A stretch of DNA of 64,000 bases from contig LSRY02000073.1 in NCBI GenBank assembly GCA_001643675.2, positions 1 to 64,000 on the forward strand. The letters are read 5' to 3'. Shown here one piece after another: positions 56,150 to 64,000 of this stretch. Position 1 is the first letter of the stretch. Every line of letters begins with the position of its first letter. Origin of the DNA: Monocercomonoides exilis PA203 (lineage: Eukaryota; Protista; Preaxostyla). A program made the translations under genes and the position numbers. The notes below the pieces were generated by a model that saw only the letters and a program-made list of their open reading frames with translations, did no database searches and was not told the DNA's origin.

Positions 56150-57529
56150 GTATGTTAATTTTCATAGAATGATTTGACTTCAGTCAAAGTGTGAAATTGT
56201 TATTTAATTTTTAAATAATTAATTAAGGTTTATTGATTGTGAATTGAGTGGATATTTTTGTTAAAAAAATATTGAATTATTGGAAAAGGTTTTATCCTTT
56301 TCGAAGCATAATTTTTTCAAAAATTGTTTGTTTTTATCGAAAAAAAAAATAAAATAAAAATAAAAATAAAAAAAAGTGCTGGGCACTGACTGACCCGAGC
56401 CCACCTTCTTCAAAATGATGCAGATGTTTATTGTGAATAACTCTGGGTAACACATTGACTTCCAACGTGAACTTCATGATTTTTGATTGACGTGACAAAA
56501 AAATCCACGTCACAAGAGTTATCCGAAAGATTTTTATATATGATTAATAATTTTTAAAAAATTTATCAAAAAGAGGTTTTTATCAATTTGCATATGTTAT
56601 TTTTTTAAAAAGTGATTATTATATTTGAAATCATATTTCTTTTGTCAAAATTTTCGATTTGTTTATTTGTTTTGAATACTCACAAAAGAACACAAAAAAA
56701 CTAAAGATCTATTTAATGACTCCTCTTCAATATTTTTCCAAGTCAAACAATAGCTTTTGAAACGATAAATGAACATTTGAATTGGAAAGAAAATAATAAA
56801 TCAAATGACAATGAATTATCATTAAAACAAACACCCCGAAAAAAGTTATTATCTAAAAAATTATCATCCATGTTTTTATTGAGTTCAAACAATGTGAATT
56901 AATGATCAAAATTGTATTCTCCTGCGAAATATGAAAATAAGTGAGGAATTTTCAAAATAGAGAAATATTGATTCAAAATAAATTAATTAATCCAGAAATT
57001 TTTATTTTTTGACTGTGAAAAGTGACATCACAAGTTATCACGAGCAGATACTCCCAAAAAATAGTTGTAAAAAATCATTCTCATATATCTGATCCTTTTT
57101 GAAATCATTCTTTCATTCCAGTTTGAACAAAAACTATATCTTAGTGAGATTTCGAAAATTTGAACTAAAACTGTTAATACATATTGTTTATGACGTTATT
57201 GTTGTTAAAACAAATTTTGACAAAAATCCCATAGAGATTGAATTATTGATCAAAACTTGAATGAAAGAATGGTTTCAAAAAAAATCAGCCATATGGGTAA
57301 TTATTTTTGGGATCGTAAAAAATTTCGATGTCATTGAAAATTTTATCTTTGCTATTTTTGCCTTTTTCTAATTTTCAATTATATTGTTTTAATATCCATG
57401 AAATTTCTAACCGTGAGATTGTTAAAAATTCGGAAATTGTTCCATGTTTACAAAAACATCTTTGAAGGAATACTTAATTCGTTATGGGACAGATCAACAG
57501 TTTTTCAATCTTTTCACTTCTCAACAGAG

Positions 57530-60500
57530 AAAATGAATCCACACAAGTTACGCAATTCTCTGTTCCTGTGCTCATCAGCCACGCTCACCATTGACAGATT
57601 CGAGTTTTGGAACAGCAGCAGCTTAAATGTTGAGTACAGGATCATTTACGTAACAAATGGGAAAGCTGAATTGAATGGATGCAAAATGAAGGACTTTGTA
57701 ATGGGAAATGCTGAGATTATTGCACTTGACGGAAACGATGCTGAGTGTTCAATTGAAGGAATGGAAATGTCAAAGCTGAGCAGAGAAGGAGAAGGATCAC
57801 TGCCTTTGGTTGCGAGAGGGAAAATTTTGGAGGTTGAGAACAGCGGCATTGAGAATTCAACAATGCTCAACAGCAGCCACATTACAATTAATCCACTTGC
57901 AAATGGTCTTCTGAAGAATGTGACATTTACAAATCAGAGCAGAACAAACAGTAATTGAGGAGTGATAATGGGCGAATTGTGTGCTGGCGAGGTGTTGAGT
58001 GTGGAGAACTGCTCATTTATTCGCTGTATTTGCTATTCTGGGAGAACGATTGGAGGGTGCGTGCTGATGGATGTAAAAGAAAATGGCGCATTCCGATTCG
58101 AGAGAACCAAAGTGGAGTTCTGCATTGTGTCCAGCGGAGATGGATTTAGCAGAGGGCTGTTCCTCACATTCACCTCTTCACACGTCGATTACTCGATGAG
58201 GAACAACACGTTCGAGAACAAAAGCAATGATATTTTGAAGAAATGGAAAGTTCGAGCTGGTTGAAGGAAGTCGCTCAACCACCCTTTCATTTTCCAAGCT
58301 TTGCTTTGTGCTTCCATCGTCTCCCAATCCTTCACCTGAAATGAGTTCTCTTATTGAAGATAGCATTGGTCAATGCTCATTCTTAGATTGCACATTTGAA
58401 CAAGGAAGCAGCAGTAATTCCAACCCTTCGAAATGGATTGTTTCAGGAGGTGGAGGAGTTGTTCACTTTGACTCCTGCACTTTCAGCAATATTCCATTTC
58501 AGACAGCTGGGGTTGTTTTTATTGATGGAGCATCGCTTTTGTTGGAGGCCTGCAGCTTTTCTTCTATCTCTTCTGACGCACGAAAGGGTTTGATAACTGG
58601 AAGCGGGAATTGCGATATAACGCTGAAGGATACAGGATTTGCGAATTGCGAGACGACAAATGGACATGTGTTGGAGATGACTCGACCGAAGTCTGTTGAA
58701 ATCTCAGGGGCATGCACATTCGAAGGATGCACTTCGACAGAAGGGGATGGAGAGGCTCTTTATTGTTTTCTGGAGAGAGAAGGATCTTTGACTATGAACA
58801 AAACATCAATTGTGTCTTGTGAAGTGAATCAGATTAATGGGAGAGGAGGCGGAATCTATCTCGATTTGAGGGAGAATGTCAATGTCTATTTATTTTCTGA
58901 TTTAACATTCAGCGGAAATGAGGCGTTTGAAGGGAAAGACATGTTTGTGAGAAGCGCTGATTTGAACGCGTCAATCATTCCATCTCTGTTTGATTTCGAG
59001 TATTTTGGAGCAGACGGAGAGACAAAAGTCGATCTGAAAGGAAGAGATGAAACACATTTTATGAGCGCATCTGCGGATCTGCTGTATTTTTTGGTGAAAT
59101 ATTCTTCATCGACAATAAGCGTTGGATCGGCTGGAATCGACTTTATCTGGTGTGAAAAGGCAGAAACACCTTGTCACTCGTTGTGGTGGGGCATCAACAA
59201 CTTGCAAGCAATTGAAGACTCGCAGTCGTGCTTTGTTGAAATTCTGGATGAAGTGGCAATATGCGAGCGCTATGAATTTGTCCTTTCTCAGCTCAGCATT
59301 GGATTGCCTGCCGCAGCTGCTTCACCTGCATTTTCCGAACTGTCGATTTCTCAAACAACAGACGGCTCGAGCCAGTAGATTTTCAGCTCGAATAATTCGC
59401 TTTCGTTTTGTTCTGTGCAGTTCCATCTGCCTGCGTTCTTCTCAAATGGACAGTCTTCTGTTGTTTCATCGTCTGACGGATATCTCACCTTCAACTCAAC
59501 CTCGTTCCATTCGGATGCCACTTCTGCGCTGGAATATGTTCTGCTGTCGAACAAAGGAGGAACAGCTGAGCTGCTGAATGTGTCTGTTTCTTCGTTAGTG
59601 TTTGCACGCTTCCCCTTCGCGCTTTCGTCTTATGTCACGCTCGAGGAGTGCTGCTTTCACAGCATTTGCTCTCCCACAGGCACAGATGGCGGTGCAATGT
59701 CTGTCTGTCTGGAGCGATCAGACCTGCTGCGCGTGAAGAGCTGCCGAGCTAAGCTGTGCAAATGCTCCACAGGAAGAGGCATAGGAGGGTTTTTATATGC
59801 AGATTGCTCGAAATCGACAGCAACAGCACCACTACGATTTGAAGGTGAAATGGCGTTTGAGAGAAATGATGCGCAGCTAGGCAAAAACATATTTATTGCA
59901 TCTACTGAATTGATCTCGTCAGTCTCTTTGGCAATGTTTGCCTTCTCATTCGAGGCAATGAAGGGCGACAGCAACGCATTTGTGGGGATTGAAGGAGAAA
60001 GCGAAGAACTGGATTTATTCAGATATTTGGTTTCTTATTCCTCGGCTTCAATTTTTCTATCGGAAGACGGAGAGGATGCGATGAGACATGGAAGCACAGA
60101 TGATCCATGCTGCTCGTTCTGGAAAGGGATGCAGCAGATCAGCAACGAGGCCTTGCCAAAGCTCATTTCCATTACCAAATCCACTGAAGTTGCCAACACC
60201 TTCACTCTCTCCAACTTCACCATCTAATCAAACTCATTGGAAGAAGAAGAAAAACGGGAGTCGAAGCTTCTGTTTATAGAAAAGGCAGGAGAAGTATCTG
60301 AGCCGTTTTTGTATGAGAAGGCGAGCTTTCGTTGAAGCTTATAACACTTGTAATTGTATCATCCTTCAACAATTCGGCAACAGCTTTGGTTCAGTGCGAG
60401 GATGGGGTGCTGAGTCTGGCGCAGTGTGTGTTTGGAACAGAAGCAGGGCTTGGTGGAATGCGGCAGAGCAGGTGCAGTTTTGTTGTCTGCTTGAAAGGGA

Positions 60501-60676
60501 AACTTTCACTTGTAGATGTGTCAGTGGAGTCGACCAGCATCGCGAAAAGCGCAATTATAATAGGCGCAGGTGTTTGTGAGCTCAAGAACTTCACATGCTC
60601 GTTTGTAAACATTTCAGATGGGAGCATCTTCGAGGTTATTGAAGATGATGAACAACAAAAGAGATACTTATATTGA
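57530..60676 (+). pseudogene. Fragmented beta-helix ectodomain gene of the same broad receptor family as 6184-14298
   Basis: Broken ORFs with GRGGGIYLDL, GNEAFEGKDMFV, C...ETPCHSL, GIGGFLY, GKNIFI and GS.DDPC.SF motifs; no TM or kinase part follows. Confidence 0.8.
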
Positions 60677-61236
60677 ACGTAATGAAAACGTTTTATTTGA
60701 AAATTTTTGTTGATTTATTGTATTTTTTTGTGATATTTTCTTTTCATCTATACGTGCAAGAAAAAACAAAAATGCTTGTTTTCTATTTTGGAAAGAAGAT
60801 TTATATGTAATTCTTCGTGGAGAACAATTTTCATCTTTTTAGAATCATCACATTTGTTAATTGCTACAATTTCGAAACTTCGTGGAATTGGTTTTTTTAT
60901 TCAATTTGTTCTGCCTCTTAAATGTGATGATCCATAAATTGTGTTTCATGATTGTGAAAATGTATTTCTTTTGCGTGAGAAGATTTTGAAATAACTTTCA
61001 AATTAATTTTTCAGAACATATTTTTCACTTTTGATATCTGCTAATTATCTGATAATATCTGTTTCATTTCAGTATGAAAACATATTCATATAAATATTGT
61101 TCACACTCCAATTCTTATAATTTTAACTCTTTGTGAAAGCAAAAGAGTGAATTATCCATTATTTTTTTTTCGTGCAACCATAAGTATTTATTTGCATATT
61201 TGTCAAACTGAATCGACTTTTCTTCATTAATATTTA

Positions 61237-64000
61237 ATGAAAATAACAACTTCTTTATCAACATTGTCAACTCAAGCTAATAAGGCTTGGAAAATCATCA
61301 GGCAAATCGGTGCAAACAATTTGGATGAGCTGATTTCTTATCTTCTTTACAACTTTAAAATATTCAAACACGCCATGCATGAAGTTAAAAAAATCAATCA
61401 ACAGTGTGATATCTTTTTTGCTATGCATGCATAATAAGCATTTGTCAAATAATCATTGTTTCTTATTTGAATGATAATACTTTTTTTAAATAAGTATACG
61501 ATGTTGCTAACGGATCTGACACAGTTTATGGAAAAGCTCCACTGCATAGACAAACTATGATCTTTCAAGCTTATGTTCGTAATTTATCGATAAAAGAAAT
61601 TATGAAATTCTGTTTCAACGTTACACAAGGAAAAGTGAGCCACGCATAGAGAGTGCTGGAAAAAAATCATGGAATTGTTACATACGCTTTATCTCCGACT
61701 CTTCCCCGAAGCAAAAGAGGTTTTTTTATTAATTTTTTTCATTATTAAAAAATTATTAAACTTTTATTTTTAGGATTGAGACACAAAGAATGGGAATTAG
61801 GGAACAATTGGATGCTTTCCAATTCAAGTGAAGCATCAACTTCCATGCATTTAACGAGCAAACAAAAGAAAAAAGAATGTTTTGATAAGCATTTCAATGA
61901 AGAGGAGTGGGACAAAGACATTTGTATTAATGATCAAAACAGAGAAATGAACGAAAAAGAAAAAATGTTCAATCCCACAGATCTACAGCCTTATTGTTCT
62001 CCTTTGCTTTTCAGTTTTTCTTCAAGAGGAAAACAGTCTTTGTGTGAAAACTGCAAAGATACAACGTCCAATTTTAATCAAATATCAAGTAACATGACTA
62101 CATTGAAAGCTTCTGATAATCCAACACACTCAAAAGGAATGAAAAATTTAGGGAATACGTGTTGCTTATCTTCATTGTTACAATGCCTATCTGCTGCATT
62201 ACCACATCGTGAAAACGAAATTACAAAAATGGAACAAAAGACTCAATTATCATCCAAAATATTACAAATTTGCTATGAAATTCAAAAAGTGAATGGATTC
62301 TCCTTCAGTTGGAACAATGAATTTGTAGATCAATGGGAACAATGTTGTTGTTATGAAGCAAGACAACCTCAAAACATTTCGGATGCCTATACGAAAATGA
62401 CTAATATTTTACTATGAAATAGTTGTATTCAAAAAAGAGACTTCATTTTTCCCACATCGTATTCTTCTAAATGTTGTTCATGTGGGGAGGAGTCAATTCA
62501 ACAAAACGATGAAACATTTGTGAAAGTAATTTACAGTTTTTCTCCCTGCAAAGGTTTGAGAAAAGAATTCACTACAGAAATGTTGGACGATTCAAACAGA
62601 ATTTTTTTTGTTCAACCTGCAAAAAACATTCAAGTGTAATCCGAAACTTGTTTTGTAATTCATTTCCTTCAGTTATTGCACTGTCTCATGAAAAATGTTC
62701 AGATATCAGCAACACTCCAGAGCTTTCATTAATAATATTTTCTGATACCAAAATACACAAAAGTTCAGTTGTGTATCATCAGAGAGAAAAATTCTCAATT
62801 GAAAATGAGAATTGCGGAAGAGTTGTTAAATACGATCTTGTTGGAGTAATTTAACACAAACCATTGCAGAATATTTCTGGACATTATGTGGCTCTTGTTC
62901 GTCGAACAAACAGTATGAACTCAACATAGCAATTATGTGACGACTTTGATATTGACAATTTCGAAGAGAAAAAACTAATTGAAAAATGGAAGTCATTATT
63001 AACAGATGGGTTTTAGCCATCTTTATCAATTTACAAGAAAAATAAAGTTGGAAATGAAACTTTGAAAATGACTAAAGGAGGAGTTGACACTTCAATCACT
63101 CATGAAAATATTTCTGTGACTAATTCCAAGTCTTTCAAAGAAGCAGTTCTTGGGGCCATGCAAAGATCCTCACATTTTACAGAGAAAATGACTACACAAG
63201 AAAGAAGCTCTTCACTATCTCCTTCAATGGTTCAAAGATAAGAAGGTGTTCGAGTTTTCTCTCCATTTCAGAAAAGACTCATTTTCAAGCCAAAAAACCA
63301 ACTTTGGAAAGAATTTATGGGACAAACGGGAATAGAAATGTCGTTGTCACAATTCTATAAAATGACTGTTCAATTTTGCAAAGCAAAGAGAAGAACTGAC
63401 ATGTGTAAATTATGCAACATGCTTGAACAAATCGAAAACAAGAGGAAAACTCTTAATCAAGGTGGAAAGCTTCAAAAAGACGAAGAAATTGCTCACAGGC
63501 TTTTGAAAAAACATCAGGTGTTTGCTCATTGGCAACGTGATCATTTCAATAACAGTTTATCTTCTTTAAAAGAAAGTGAGGTGATTTGTCTTTTTGATTT
63601 TAAAGAGAAGTGGAGGACACCGATAACAGCGACTCAGGTTCAAGATGATTTTTACAGCTATCGTCAAGTTTCTCACTTTGCAATAATCACTTTTCAGAAG
63701 AGAAATTGTGTTTTCAACAAAAAAATTTACAACTTTTTGTCTGATAATCCAAACAATGATCATACTTTCATTATCAACTGTCTAACATCTGTGTTGTCCA
63801 GATCAGCTTACAAACATACAAAAATGTTTAAGTTTTTTTGTGATTCAGGAGCTCACAACAAAAACAAATTTGTTCTGAACTTTCTTCTCTCTCACAAAAC
63901 AACTTTCTTCCGAAACTCAAAACGCGAAGTTAGCTTCTTTGCGGAACACCATGGCAAGAATCTTTGCGATGGAGAGTTTGGAATGCTTGTCAATATTATT
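61237..64000 (+). mobile_element. Decayed Sola-like DDD transposase containing a USP (peptidase C19) domain; truncated by the window end
   Basis: HTH-like exon (LSIKEIMKFCFNVTQGKVSHA*RV), intron 61720-61773, USP Cys box GMKNLGNTCCLSSLLQCL, CxxC pairs, His box YDLVGVI*H...SGHYVALV...LCDD. The same frame then gives QKRL, RRTDMCKLC, LFDFKEKW, FFCDSGAHNKN and FFAEHHGKNLCDGEFG. Confidence 0.8.

Noticed and set aside
62648-63241. In-frame TAA/TAG as Gln recoding, as known in some oxymonads
   Set aside because: ORFs of 1500-2700 codons here contain no in-frame TAR, two genes end in TAG/TAA (32903, 49875), the TAG at 62927 sits where USP has Trp, and the element also has a TGA and frameshifts. Ordinary decay explains it.
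1-64000. tRNA, rRNA, telomeric repeats or retrotransposon domains
   Set aside because: None recognised by eye; a tRNAscan/Infernal run would be needed to exclude them formally.

Overview
AT-rich, intron-containing eukaryotic DNA in the standard genetic code. GTTTG/GTATG splice donors, poly-Ser genes and expanded beta-helix receptor/pseudokinase genes point to a metamonad protist, most like the oxymonad Monocercomonoides (inference). From left to right: a >=3.6-kb inverted duplication of the 3' end of a 2704-aa single-pass receptor with a kinase-like tail; a fold-back palindrome; a multi-exon hypothetical gene; a Ser-rich SPRY-like gene; a BIRC6/UBE2Z-like E2 lacking its catalytic Cys; decayed Merlin and pogo-type transposons; a lineage-specific hypothetical gene; an ABCC pseudogene; an ARH1-like fragment; a SANBR/KIAA1841-like gene; two abutting IS630/Tc1-type DD33E elements sharing one TA (one intact, one MITE-disrupted); kinase and receptor pseudogenes. 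The most unusual feature runs off the right edge and is mostly missed by the ORF track: a decayed Sola-like transposase frame with a USP (C19) deubiquitinase domain embedded in it. All assignments come from manual motif recognition; no database searches were run.
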